From: a virus
Length of the DNA stretch: 64,000 nt
Direction: 5' to 3' (one strand)
Virus record (IMG/VR): IMGVR_UViG_3300032053_004772
Coordinates: 1 to 64,000 of that record
Shown: in pieces, positions 1 through 8,718 of the stretch
Numbering within the stretch: the first letter of the stretch is position 1
How the letters are laid out: each line of letters begins with the position of its first letter
The notes under the pieces: model-generated
Databases searched by the model: none
Told to the model about the DNA's origin: nothing
What the model saw: only the letters and a program-made list of their open reading frames with translations
Program-made: the position numbers and the translations under genes

Positions 1-23
1 AGTAGGAATGCGGTAATTCTTTC

Positions 24-341
24 ATGAACGAAATTACCGTTACGAAAGACGACTTTGAGTACTGGAAAGAAGTAGAGAGGGGTTACATCCGAGAGATGAC
101 TCACGTGGTTATTCAGGTGAGTCACGAGAGGGATGCAGTTCGTACTGAGGTAACGCATCTTAGAGACGGCTACGAACACGTGAAGAAGTTGTTGAGGATG
201 CTCGTGAAAGATCAGGAAAGAGCGAACTATCCAAACGGAGTTACCGTGATCAACTCACTGTGTTCCTTCATCGACTTCGTGCTGCAGACTACCGGTGATA
301 AGGCACGAGAGTTTCTTGACTCTCTAACGTTTGAGGAGTAG
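24..341 (+). CDS. hypothetical phage protein
   Basis: 105-aa ORF, co-oriented with all downstream genes; no recognisable motif. Confidence 0.55.
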   Translation: MNEITVTKDDFEYWKEVERGYIREMTHVVIQVSHERDAVRTEVTHLRDGYEHVKKLLRMLVKDQERANYPNGVTVINSLCSFIDFVLQTTGDKAREFLDSLTFEE

Positions 342-446
342 AGATGGAACAGAATCAGAAACAGAAGGCTGGTCGGAAGATTGGTACCAACAGACGGAAG
401 TGTGATCGGTATCGGATGACGAACCGTCTGGAGAGGAACAAACGGC

Positions 447-638
447 GTGAACAAGAAAAACGAGAGAGACACCTCGCGAGACTCGCTGCGAAACGTGGTG
501 AAGCAGCAAGCGCGTAAAGGTATCCATCGTATCTGGGATGCTATCCGAAACAACCCGACTCTGATCGAAGCCACTCGAGCTCTGGAGAGAGAACTGATCG
601 CGTTCTCTCGGAAGGAAGAGCTTGTTCATCGCGAATGA
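447..638 (+). CDS. hypothetical protein
   Basis: GGAGAGG upstream of GTG; overlaps next ORF. Confidence 0.5.
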   Translation: MNKKNERDTSRDSLRNVVKQQARKGIHRIWDAIRNNPTLIEATRALERELIAFSRKEELVHRE

Positions 639-858
639 CGTAAAGAAGGAGCATGCGGAACTTACTCAGTTCTTGACGCATCAACTCGTTGAGAAGTTCG
701 GTGCAACTCGTATCATGCTGAGCTACGCGATCTCGAATCCAGATGCACATCGCGTTGGAGAGGAAGTTACTTTCCATACGGAGTTTGCTGTTGAGGGCAA
801 CTTCTCAGATATGCGCGATCGAGTTGCGAAGTACTGGAAAGATCATCCAGTTGTATAG
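622..858 (+). CDS. hypothetical protein
   Basis: TTG start preceded by GGAAGGAAG; stop abuts the RBS of the next gene. Confidence 0.5.
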   Translation: MFIANDVKKEHAELTQFLTHQLVEKFGATRIMLSYAISNPDAHRVGEEVTFHTEFAVEGNFSDMRDRVAKYWKDHPVV

Positions 859-870
859 GAGGATAGAGAT

Positions 871-1125
871 ATGGTAGGCGTTGGCAAGTTCTCTGGTGGT
901 GAGCCCGAGATTTCAGACGAGACTCCTCGGGTTGTACATACCGGAGAAGTAAAAGATGGCTCGCAGAACGACGGAGTAGTTCGTAACGAGCGCATCCAGA
1001 TGCAGGATACAGGAATCGGACGGTCTGCAGAGGTCCCTCCTTTGTATTCATACAAAGACGATCTCGGCGTGAAGTCAGCCGGAGGTAAGAAGCAGGGTGC
1101 GCTCAAACCGAAGGAGAAGAAGTGA
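871..1125 (+). CDS. hypothetical protein
   Basis: AGGAGG RBS; stop overlaps next start. Confidence 0.6.
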   Translation: MVGVGKFSGGEPEISDETPRVVHTGEVKDGSQNDGVVRNERIQMQDTGIGRSAEVPPLYSYKDDLGVKSAGGKKQGALKPKEKK

Positions 1126-1322
1126 TGAACGGAGAACAACCGAAATCAGAAGCGGAGTGGAAAGCGTACAACGACGCTATGACACTCATGAATGCGCAGG
1201 CGATCATGAACGACGATGTGAGGTACCGGGCTGCGCTAGTTCAAGCAAAGAAGATCGCGAAGGAGAAGGAAGCAGAGCTCACCGGGATCCTCGCGATTAT
1301 CGATGAAGAAGAGGAAAGGTAG
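1122..1322 (+). CDS. hypothetical helical protein
   Basis: coupled GTGATG start, AAGGAG RBS. Confidence 0.6.
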   Translation: MMNGEQPKSEAEWKAYNDAMTLMNAQAIMNDDVRYRAALVQAKKIAKEKEAELTGILAIIDEEEER

Positions 1323-1333
1323 GAGACGGAAGC

Positions 1334-1549
1334 ATGTCAGACGAGATGTCACTAGTGGAGTGGCAGAGAAGGATGGATAACGCCCGAAGCGAATCGGAGA
1401 TCCAAGACCTTCTTCGGCGGAAGCCGAAAGCTGCAGGCGTACATGCCGGTGAAGCGAATCTGGGAGCCATTCATCCTGGTCTCGCTTCCGAAGGAGAATC
1501 CGGAGAAGGATTGCCGTTACTGGACAAGCTTCGAGGTCCCGGAAGGTAG
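1334..1549 (+). CDS. hypothetical protein
   Basis: AGGAG RBS; directly upstream of portal. Confidence 0.55.
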   Translation: MSDEMSLVEWQRRMDNARSESEIQDLLRRKPKAAGVHAGEANLGAIHPGLASEGESGEGLPLLDKLRGPGR

Positions 1550-1583
1550 CAGAGTTCGCTACCCACAGTAGGAGTGTCTCAAC

Positions 1584-3344
1584 ATGTATTCTCGAGATTC
1601 CGATCATGAAAAGCGCAAGCTGAATTACCAGCGGTACAAGAAGCTTTGCGAACGCGGTTACTCTATCTCGGAAGAGACGGCTAGTACCGCGTTGTACATG
1701 ATCAACGAGGATCCCTTTGGTCGAGCGTATTACCAGAAGTCGCTAGGAGAGGTAGCAGTTCGCGATCCTCTCACAGGACGAGAGTTCACTCAGGAAGAGT
1801 GGGCAACCAAAGAGTTCATCGTTGACAACAAGACGCAGTTGATCGCGAAGGTCTCTGCGGATCTGGTCTGTGGAAAGAAGCTTTCTATCACGTTCCCGAA
1901 GGATCAAAAACCCTCTCCTGATGATGAAACGTGGTTAGAGGCGTTTCTGAAGAAGCACAAACTGCACACAGTTCTGTACGAGGCTGCGATACGGAACAGT
2001 GCTCTTGGAGATCAGTTCTTCGAAGTTTGCGTTGCAGAAGATGAGATCGAGATTCCCTATCGCGATCCCTTCTTTGTATACATCGAGCACGACGGAGATA
2101 AGGTTACTGCCTACGAGCTGTGCTGGGAGATCGAGATCAAGGAAGAAATTCGTCGTCTGCTCTCCAAAGAGGTTCGGAAACGAACTCTTGTGCAGAAGAA
2201 GATCCATTTGAAGGGAAAGATCCGGTACGAACTCTGGGAGATCAAGGGAGCAGATACCGAGAAGGTTCCGATGATAACGAATCCAGCGAACGTTGCGCTT
2301 GTAGAGAAGGCTCTCACGTCTTCGTGGATGGAGTGCTACCTCGTCAAAGAGGGAGAGATCGAAACCGAGACTACAGATGTCGCTCAAGTATACGTGATCG
2401 AGGAGAACACTGGGATTGACGCAATCCTCGTGATTCATTGGCCGAACTATCGCATGTTCGATATTTACGGGGTCTCTGATGCGGGAATGATAGAGGGATT
2501 GCAGAACGCACTCAACCTTCGCGAGACTCAGATGAACGATGTGTTGGATAAGCATGCCGATCCAGCGATGTACGGTCCTGATGACTTCCTAGATCCGAAC
2601 GGCAACTTGGTGATGACCGGTGGTGGAGGTCGATACTTTCCCGTATCTACAGGAGCAACCGGGACCTCTGTCGGTTACCTCGAGTGGCAAGGACACCTAG
2701 ACGATGCGAAGCTCGAGATCGAGCGCATTTACAAGGCGATTCTCGATAACACCGAGACTGCCGCTGCGTTACTCGGAATAGACTCTGGTGGAGTGGAGTC
2801 TGGACGAGCGCTGATGTACAAACTGATCCGTTCTCTAGCGATGGCTACGCGGAAGTTCTCGTACATGAAGCAGGCGTTGATCGATCTAATCTCTACCGCT
2901 CAGAAAATGAGGATTGTGTGGATCGACGGACCCGGAGTGACATCCTTTGATGAGGAACTGACGACTGATTGGAAAGATCAGATCAAGGAACCGACGATCG
3001 AGGTAATGAGCTCTCTTCCGACGGATGTTACCGAATCCATTACACAGGTGACGTCTTTGGTAGGTAGCGGACTTATCAGCAAGGAAACTGGGTTGGAGAT
3101 CATCGCGAAACTGTTTGACGAGATCGATATTGAGCAGGAGAAGAAGCGTCTCGATGCTCAGGAGAAGAAGGATCTAGAGAAGCAACTGGCTCAGTTCCCT
3201 GACTGGATGGCCGCTGTTCCTACAGAAGAGGGTGGAGAAGGAACTCCTGCTGCCGGTGAAGAAGCGAACGTAGGAGAAGAGGGTGCTGCTCCACCTCCTG
3301 CTCCGAAAGCAACTCCGATTCCAGCTCCGGGAGTTGCTAAGTAA
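1584..3344 (+). CDS. phage portal protein (SPP1 gp6-like)
   Basis: 586 aa; portal-like segments (YGVSD...GLQNALN, SGRAL..KL, GLISKETGL), acidic/Pro-rich C-tail; first gene of the head region. Confidence 0.85.
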   Translation: MYSRDSDHEKRKLNYQRYKKLCERGYSISEETASTALYMINEDPFGRAYYQKSLGEVAVRDPLTGREFTQEEWATKEFIVDNKTQLIAKVSADLVCGKKLSITFPKDQKPSPDDETWLEAFLKKHKLHTVLYEAAIRNSALGDQFFEVCVAEDEIEIPYRDPFFVYIEHDGDKVTAYELCWEIEIKEEIRRLLSKEVRKRTLVQKKIHLKGKIRYELWEIKGADTEKVPMITNPANVALVEKALTSSWMECYLVKEGEIETETTDVAQVYVIEENTGIDAILVIHWPNYRMFDIYGVSDAGMIEGLQNALNLRETQMNDVLDKHADPAMYGPDDFLDPNGNLVMTGGGGRYFPVSTGATGTSVGYLEWQGHLDDAKLEIERIYKAILDNTETAAALLGIDSGGVESGRALMYKLIRSLAMATRKFSYMKQALIDLISTAQKMRIVWIDGPGVTSFDEELTTDWKDQIKEPTIEVMSSLPTDVTESITQVTSLVGSGLISKETGLEIIAKLFDEIDIEQEKKRLDAQEKKDLEKQLAQFPDWMAAVPTEEGGEGTPAAGEEANVGEEGAAPPPAPKATPIPAPGVAK

Positions 3345-3725
3345 ATGAAAAGCGTTTTTAAGCCGGAAAAATCTTTCGGGGAGCGTTTCTCTAAAACCTC
3401 GTACGTGATCGTTGCAAGGAAGATGAAGATCGATCCGATCCGAGAAGGAGCTCAACTGAAGGTTACACTTCAGAAGTTGCTTTCTCCGATGAAACTGCTG
3501 AAGGTAGAAGATAGACGAACTCGTGAGAAGCAAGCGAACGCGATGATCGAACGTTTCGGTCAGAGATCTCGGAAGTTCTGGCGTACGTATCAGCAGTACG
3601 TGTTCTTGCGAGGGGAGTTACGAGGATTGGCTTCACTAGAGAAGTTCGATCCGAATGCAGAGAAGGAATCGCAGAGGCTGCGAAAGGAATTGAAGGAGCC
3701 TCAAAATGCCGAGGGGAGGGGGTAA
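3345..3725 (+). CDS. hypothetical basic protein following portal
   Basis: ATG immediately after the portal TAA. Confidence 0.6.
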   Translation: MKSVFKPEKSFGERFSKTSYVIVARKMKIDPIREGAQLKVTLQKLLSPMKLLKVEDRRTREKQANAMIERFGQRSRKFWRTYQQYVFLRGELRGLASLEKFDPNAEKESQRLRKELKEPQNAEGRG

Positions 3726-3858
3726 GAGCTACACACGATCGCATCAGCAGATGAAGTACCTATTTGCGAACAGGATTACGTTTCACAATCCAGCGCACAC
3801 AGGTAAGCTCTATTCTGCTGCTCCTACGAAGAAGAGAGGAAGAAAGAGGAAGAAGTGA
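3706..3858 (+). CDS. small highly basic protein (50 aa, MPRGGGKSYTRSHQQMKYLFAN...KKRGRKRKK)
   Basis: read manually (below track cutoff); AAGGAG RBS; stop overlaps GTG of next gene. Confidence 0.55.
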   Translation: MPRGGGKSYTRSHQQMKYLFANRITFHNPAHTGKLYSAAPTKKRGRKRKK

Positions 3859-4172
3859 ATCCGAACGTCGCGATGAATGTGCTAGGAGTTCTTGACTTTA
3901 TTGCGCAGATCAACAGAGCAGTCTCGTTCGAGCAAGCTCAGCGGATTCTGGAAGAGCAGAAGGTACGAGTTAAGAGAGCGTATCGTCAGAAGGCGAAACT
4001 ACTACATCCAGATCTCGCTGGTGACCACGATCGGATGGTTGAGTTGAACCAAGCCAAGGCGGTATTACTAGATGTGAAAATAAGACCGCCGAGACCACAG
4101 CCGATCATTGTGACGTTCGCGTACAACTATTCGACGTACTCTGCGAACGTGACATCGACTGTGAATTGGTAA
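3855..4172 (+). CDS. J-domain (DnaJ-like) protein
   Basis: VKRAYRQKAKLLHPD...MVELNQA: canonical HPD motif. Confidence 0.8.
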   Translation: MNPNVAMNVLGVLDFIAQINRAVSFEQAQRILEEQKVRVKRAYRQKAKLLHPDLAGDHDRMVELNQAKAVLLDVKIRPPRPQPIIVTFAYNYSTYSANVTSTVNW

Positions 4173-4182
4173 GGAGAAACAG

Positions 4183-4524
4183 ATGAACTACCGGATCAAA
4201 CTGAGCTTCGACGCAGCTCACTGGCTTCCACACTACAAGGGGAAGTGTGTAAACTTGCACGGTCATACCTGGCACGTCGAGTTCTATGTTAAGGTACCGA
4301 CTGAACTAGATAAATCCGGAATCGGAATCGACTTTAAAGAGTTGAAGAGAGTGTTGACAGACATCCTTCCGGATCACATGCTAGTGAACGATGTAGTCAC
4401 ACCTCCGTCAGCAGAGAATCTAGTGCAGTATCTGATCAAGCAAGCACACAGACGAGAGGTGTCGGTCACCAAGATAGTGCTGTGGGAAACAGACGACAAC
4501 GGAATCGAATTGGAGGTAGAGTGA
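4183..4524 (+). CDS. queD: 6-carboxy-5,6,7,8-tetrahydropterin synthase
   Basis: FDAAH...CxxLHGH, IDF, SAEN, WET motifs. Confidence 0.9.
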   Translation: MNYRIKLSFDAAHWLPHYKGKCVNLHGHTWHVEFYVKVPTELDKSGIGIDFKELKRVLTDILPDHMLVNDVVTPPSAENLVQYLIKQAHRREVSVTKIVLWETDDNGIELEVE

Positions 4525-5093
4525 ACTTTCCGGTCGTCGATATCTTCGAGAGCATTCAGGGAGAGGGTTACTGGGTAGGTACCCCCTCCCTTTTTATTCG
4601 TCTTGCGGGATGCAATCTTGAGTGCACCTTCTGCGATACGAAGTTTGACGTGTACGAGGAGTGGTCGCTAGAACGGATTCTAGAGCGAGCAAAGAAGACG
4701 CTAACGACACACGTTGTGATCACGGGAGGAGAACCTACGATCCAACCGAACCTGCATCTACTCGTGCGAGCGTTGCGAGCACGCGGAAAGTACGTAGCGA
4801 TCGAAACGAACGGAACACAGGAGGGGTGGTTCGAAGCGAACTGGCTTACAGTATCCCCGAAGTCGATGGTGACTCGCGAAGATGTTGCGAGCGAGTTGAA
4901 GGTGCTGTGGATCTCTCCGCAGTTTGTAGAGAAGTGGTCAAAACGGAAGAGTCCTCGAGTACAACACAGATACGTGCAACCAGTGGAGATCGGAGGGAAG
5001 TTCATGGAGGTTCCAGCGATTCTGGAGTGGCTACGAAAGAATCCCGATTGGAGGTTATCCGTGCAGATTCACAAGGTACTGGGAATCAAATGA
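4521..5093 (+). CDS. queE: 7-carboxy-7-deazaguanine synthase (radical SAM)
   Basis: IFESIQGEG, FIRLAGCNLECTFCDT, ITGGEP, IETNGT, VSPK, LSVQIHK; GTG start overlaps queD stop. Confidence 0.92.
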   Translation: MNFPVVDIFESIQGEGYWVGTPSLFIRLAGCNLECTFCDTKFDVYEEWSLERILERAKKTLTTHVVITGGEPTIQPNLHLLVRALRARGKYVAIETNGTQEGWFEANWLTVSPKSMVTREDVASELKVLWISPQFVEKWSKRKSPRVQHRYVQPVEIGGKFMEVPAILEWLRKNPDWRLSVQIHKVLGIK

Positions 5094-5662
5094 CGACAGA
5101 ACACAAACTGCAGAACGTGCGGAATCTTCTTCTCGCGATCGGAGAGGATCCGGATCGGGAAGGTTTGAGGGATACACCGAAGCGAGTAGTACGATCGTGG
5201 AAAGAGCTTTTTGGAGGTTACTCGCAGGATCCTATGAGAGTGTTATCTCGAACGTTCTCCTCTGGTGGCTACGATGAGATGATCATACTACGTGAGATTG
5301 AGTTCTACTCTTGCTGCGAACACCACATGCAAGTTTTTTCAGGAAGAGCCTCGATTGCTTACGTACCGAAGGATCGAGTAGTCGGTGTATCCAAACTTGC
5401 TCGGGTGGTAGACATCTACGCTCGTCGGTTACAGATCCAGGAACGGTTGACGGTACAGATCGCGGATGCGATCGAGAAAGCGCTGGAACCGCAGGGTGTG
5501 ATGGTTGTGCTCGAAGCTCAACACCTTTGTATGCGAGCTCGCGGTGTGAAGCAGCAGCACTCACTAATGACGACCTCCGCTATACGAGGGATCTTTCGAG
5601 AGAATCCAGAGGTTCGGGAAGAGTTCTTGGATCTGCTGAAACGGGGAGAAGGAGAGCACTGA
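5090..5662 (+). CDS. folE: GTP cyclohydrolase I
   Basis: GEDPDREGLRDTPKRV, SCCEHH, GVSKLAR, RLQIQERLT, HLCMRARG; ATGA coupling. Confidence 0.93.
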   Translation: MTTEHKLQNVRNLLLAIGEDPDREGLRDTPKRVVRSWKELFGGYSQDPMRVLSRTFSSGGYDEMIILREIEFYSCCEHHMQVFSGRASIAYVPKDRVVGVSKLARVVDIYARRLQIQERLTVQIADAIEKALEPQGVMVVLEAQHLCMRARGVKQQHSLMTTSAIRGIFRENPEVREEFLDLLKRGEGEH

Positions 5663-6264
5663 TGGATATGCACTTTCCTGCCGGAACGAACGCCGGGACG
5701 ATCATAATGGAAGCCAGACAGTACGCTCCGTTACTCGTGGATGGAATAAGCAGTCGAGTTCTGGATGTAGGCGCTCACATCGGAGCCTTCGCTCGCTTAG
5801 CGTATCCCAGACAAACGTTGTGTGTTGAACCGGATTCTCGAAATCTGCAGTATCTACGAATGAACGTTCCTGATGCGCTGATCGTTCCTGGTGCTCTCAC
5901 CGATCATCCGGAGATGCTGCAACGGGGGTTCGCATACTTGCGGCAGACTCTAAACACGGACGCGTGCAGGTTGTTTCCGGAGGAGTACCCTGAGACTGTT
6001 CCGGTGTATGTATACTCGTTCTGGGGGTTGGTAGTTTGGTATAAACCGAACGTGATCAAGGTGGATGCGGAGGGTAGTGAGCAGCACTTTGACTTTCACC
6101 AACTACCGGATTCCGTTCGTCGGATGTTTGTGGAGTGGCATCCCTACGAGAAAGTTGACTTCAGCGAGTTGAAGAGGAATCACGGAGTTATCGTGCAGCA
6201 GGGTTTCAAAGCTGATTGGGAACCGCATCCGGACCGCTGTATCGGATCGTTCTATTCTCGCTAA
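5662..6264 (+). CDS. FkbM-family SAM-dependent methyltransferase
   Basis: VLDVGAHIG, VEPD, IKVDAEGSE, VEWH motifs; TGATG coupling to folE. Confidence 0.75.
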   Translation: MDMHFPAGTNAGTIIMEARQYAPLLVDGISSRVLDVGAHIGAFARLAYPRQTLCVEPDSRNLQYLRMNVPDALIVPGALTDHPEMLQRGFAYLRQTLNTDACRLFPEEYPETVPVYVYSFWGLVVWYKPNVIKVDAEGSEQHFDFHQLPDSVRRMFVEWHPYEKVDFSELKRNHGVIVQQGFKADWEPHPDRCIGSFYSR

Positions 6265-6335
6265 AAACGGGAGCGATTTTTGCTTCAAAAAAGAACTAAT
6301 AAAGGAAGAAAAAAAATTAAAAATATTTTTCAAAA

Positions 6336-6397
6336 CCTCTTGATTTTTCTTTCAATCTATATTATAATATAATTGTAGACTAAGAAGAAAGAGAAGA
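6336..6397 (+). repeat. 62-bp exact direct repeat, copy 1 (promoter + leader)
   Basis: cctcttgatttttctttcaatctatattataatataattgtagactaagaagaaagagaaga identical to 45382-45443. Confidence 0.9.
6340..6368 (+). promoter_or_regulatory. sigma70-type promoter (TTGATT-N17-TATAAT) with A/T-rich upstream tract
   Basis: near-consensus boxes, 17-nt spacer, intergenic; same element at 45386 and 52529. Confidence 0.8.
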
Positions 6398-6420
6398 AAG
6401 AGAAGAGAGAGGAGAAAACG

Positions 6421-6783
6421 ATGAAGAGTACGTACACGGACGGAGTACAGAGGGTGGAGGTAAAGAACAAATACGCGTACCATTACAACAAGGCAGGGTC
6501 GTGCATCGGACGGTCGCGCTTCGATCACCGCAGAGAGTTCATCGATAGGTTGTACGCTATCGGATTCAAGCGGAACGAGCAGGAGTTAATCGTAATGGAA
6601 CGCAAGCAGTACAAACTCACAGACGAGAGCGGTCAGATCTACGACGTACGCACGATGGACTCTATCGATCTCGAACGAGCGCAGTTCGTAGCTTTGGAGA
6701 GCACAGACGGTGTTCGCTCTTGGGTTCCGATGACGGGAGAGGAGTTGATTTGCAAGTTGTTTCCGATGGAGAAGACGAGATGA
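6421..6783 (+). CDS. hypothetical (probable early) protein
   Basis: GAGGAG RBS, first gene after the repeated promoter. Confidence 0.65.
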   Translation: MKSTYTDGVQRVEVKNKYAYHYNKAGSCIGRSRFDHRREFIDRLYAIGFKRNEQELIVMERKQYKLTDESGQIYDVRTMDSIDLERAQFVALESTDGVRSWVPMTGEELICKLFPMEKTR

Positions 6784-6941
6784 GCGTTTGCACTTGGGAT
6801 AGAGAGAATCGGAAGTGCCTCTATTTGCAGGAGTGCGAAGATGCGATGATCCATCAGAGGGCTTCCTTCTATGAGGTATGCCTTCCGAAGTGCGAACGGA
6901 TGATCGAGTGGCAAAAGAGGGAGGAGAGAAATGACGAGTAA
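6780..6941 (+). CDS. small Cys-rich hypothetical protein
   Basis: ATGA-coupled start MSVCTWD; 5 Cys. Confidence 0.5.
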   Translation: MSVCTWDRENRKCLYLQECEDAMIHQRASFYEVCLPKCERMIEWQKREERNDE

Positions 6942-7410
6942 GGAACTAGTCAAGGTATTCGAGCAGTTCGTTCGGAATACAGGGAAGGTCAAAACGTTAC
7001 ACGCCTTTGTTAAAACGGATCCTACTAAAGGAGAGGAGATCAGGGTTAACGTTGCTATGGAGTACGGCTTTCAGCCGGGTACTCACAGAGTAGAGGAGCC
7101 GTTCACTCCTGCAGCGGAAGTAGTTGGGGTCACGATCCTTCAAGTCTGGGGACTCTCGATCGAGCTACGGTCCAAGTACCTTGGAAAGATCTCCGGGTAC
7201 TTCGAGGACGAGAAGTGGACCAGCATCACGACCGAGGGTGTTCGACTTGGTTGCGCTACCGTGAAGGACGCGTTCAGAAAGGAACTGGTTCGCTTCGAGA
7301 ACGTTCTCAGACGGCTCGTTTTCGAAGGGATCTGGGGAGTAGAGAAGGACCACTGGAAGCGAGAGGCGCCCGGTGTGGAGATGAACTCTGCGATTCACGG
7401 AGGTGCGTGA
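6931..7410 (+). CDS. hypothetical protein
   Basis: GGAGGAG RBS; coupled to next gene. Confidence 0.6.
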   Translation: MTSKELVKVFEQFVRNTGKVKTLHAFVKTDPTKGEEIRVNVAMEYGFQPGTHRVEEPFTPAAEVVGVTILQVWGLSIELRSKYLGKISGYFEDEKWTSITTEGVRLGCATVKDAFRKELVRFENVLRRLVFEGIWGVEKDHWKREAPGVEMNSAIHGGA

Positions 7411-8294
7411 TGAAGGAAAGGTTTCTCGACTGGAAACCTTCGAAGGAGTCTGCAGGACTCTTTGTGCACATCGATAAGATCCTTGACTCTTATGAGAAGC
7501 AAGGATATCGTCTCACTCTCCGGCAGTTGTACTACCAGTTGGTCGCCAGGGATCTGATTCCGAACTCGACCAAGTCGTACGACAGACTCGGGAACATCAC
7601 TAACCGAGGTAGACTTGCAGGGTACATCGACTGGGCGATGATCGAAGATCGCGCTCGAACTCCGCGGGTGAATCCGCACTGGGATTCACCTAAGGATATC
7701 GTGCTCTCCGCAGCAAAGCAGTACTACGAGGCACGTTGGCCAGATCAAGAGTGGTACATAGAGGTTTGGTGCGAGAAAGACGCAGTCAGCAACATTCTGA
7801 ACCCGGTCTGTCGTCGGTGGGACGTGCTATTCTTAGCCAACCGCGGTTACAACTCGCAGACAGCGATGTACGATAGCTCAAAAAGGTTCCAGGAAGCGTT
7901 GGACGATAACAAATCGGTTCGCGTTCTATACTTCGGTGATCACGATCCTTCTGGGATCGATATGTCGGAAGACATTCAGAGGCGGTTGGGGTTGTTTCTT
8001 CAGGGTCCGGACGAGCTCTTCGAGAGTCTCGATCGCGTCGCACTGACGATGGAACAGATACGCCAGTATCGACCGCCTGAGAATCCAGCAAAGGAGGTTG
8101 ATCCTCGTTATGCGAAATACGCTGCGAAGTACGGAGAATCCTCTTGGGAGCTTGACGCTCTCGAACCAAGCGTGCTAGCTGCGCTGACCGAAAGTGCGAT
8201 TCAGCAGTACGCAGACGATACGATTTTCGAACAGGTTCAGGAAAGAGAGGAGAGTCGGAAGCAGCAGATTCGTAAGCTCGCTGAGAGTCTATAG
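7410..8294 (+). CDS. Topoisomerase VI-A/Spo11-like Toprim domain protein
   Basis: TLRQLYYQL, WCEKDAV, RGY, YFGDHDPSG, ELDAL motifs; TGATG coupling. Confidence 0.75.
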   Translation: MKERFLDWKPSKESAGLFVHIDKILDSYEKQGYRLTLRQLYYQLVARDLIPNSTKSYDRLGNITNRGRLAGYIDWAMIEDRARTPRVNPHWDSPKDIVLSAAKQYYEARWPDQEWYIEVWCEKDAVSNILNPVCRRWDVLFLANRGYNSQTAMYDSSKRFQEALDDNKSVRVLYFGDHDPSGIDMSEDIQRRLGLFLQGPDELFESLDRVALTMEQIRQYRPPENPAKEVDPRYAKYAAKYGESSWELDALEPSVLAALTESAIQQYADDTIFEQVQEREESRKQQIRKLAESL

Positions 8295-8312
8295 TAGAGA
8301 GGAGAGTGGGAG

Positions 8313-8507
8313 ATGGAAAAGGTAAAACCGGTTGTAGAACTCGCAGGTAAGGACGGCAACGCGTTTGCGATTCTCGGATGCGTCCGGAGGGTTTTGAAGG
8401 AAGCTGGATACACTCCTACAGAAATCGAGGAGTTTTCGAAGCAGGCTATGAGTGGAGACTACGACCATTTGTTGCGGGTGTGTATGCAGTGGGCAACGAT
8501 CAAGTAA
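8313..8507 (+). CDS. conserved small phage protein (DGNAF...SGDYDHLL type)
   Basis: recognisable motif pair; RBS. Confidence 0.65.
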   Translation: MEKVKPVVELAGKDGNAFAILGCVRRVLKEAGYTPTEIEEFSKQAMSGDYDHLLRVCMQWATIK

Positions 8508-8553
8508 AGGATCTCCGTTGGAGACCGGTAATATCTAGAGTAGGAGGAATCGA

Positions 8554-8718
8554 ATGAAGATCAAGATTTTCAAGGGCTCTGCTCCGATCGTGGAAGAGAA
8601 GGTCAACGCGTTTCTCGAGGCGAATCCGCAGTTGGAGATGAAGAACTGCAAGGTTCAGGTCGCGACGAGGAACACCGAGAAGTCGGACGTTCTCGTCCTT
8701 CTGAAGTTTCCGGACTGA
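8554..8718 (+). CDS. hypothetical protein (54 aa, MKIKIFKG...)
   Basis: read manually; AGGAGG RBS. Confidence 0.6.
   Translation: MKIKIFKGSAPIVEEKVNAFLEANPQLEMKNCKVQVATRNTEKSDVLVLLKFPD

Noticed and set aside
4661-5089. Long N-terminal extensions in track ORFs (4482, 4661, 5311, 7215, 25256, 44375, 54160)
   Set aside because: They overlap upstream genes; coupled or RBS-supported starts lie further downstream.
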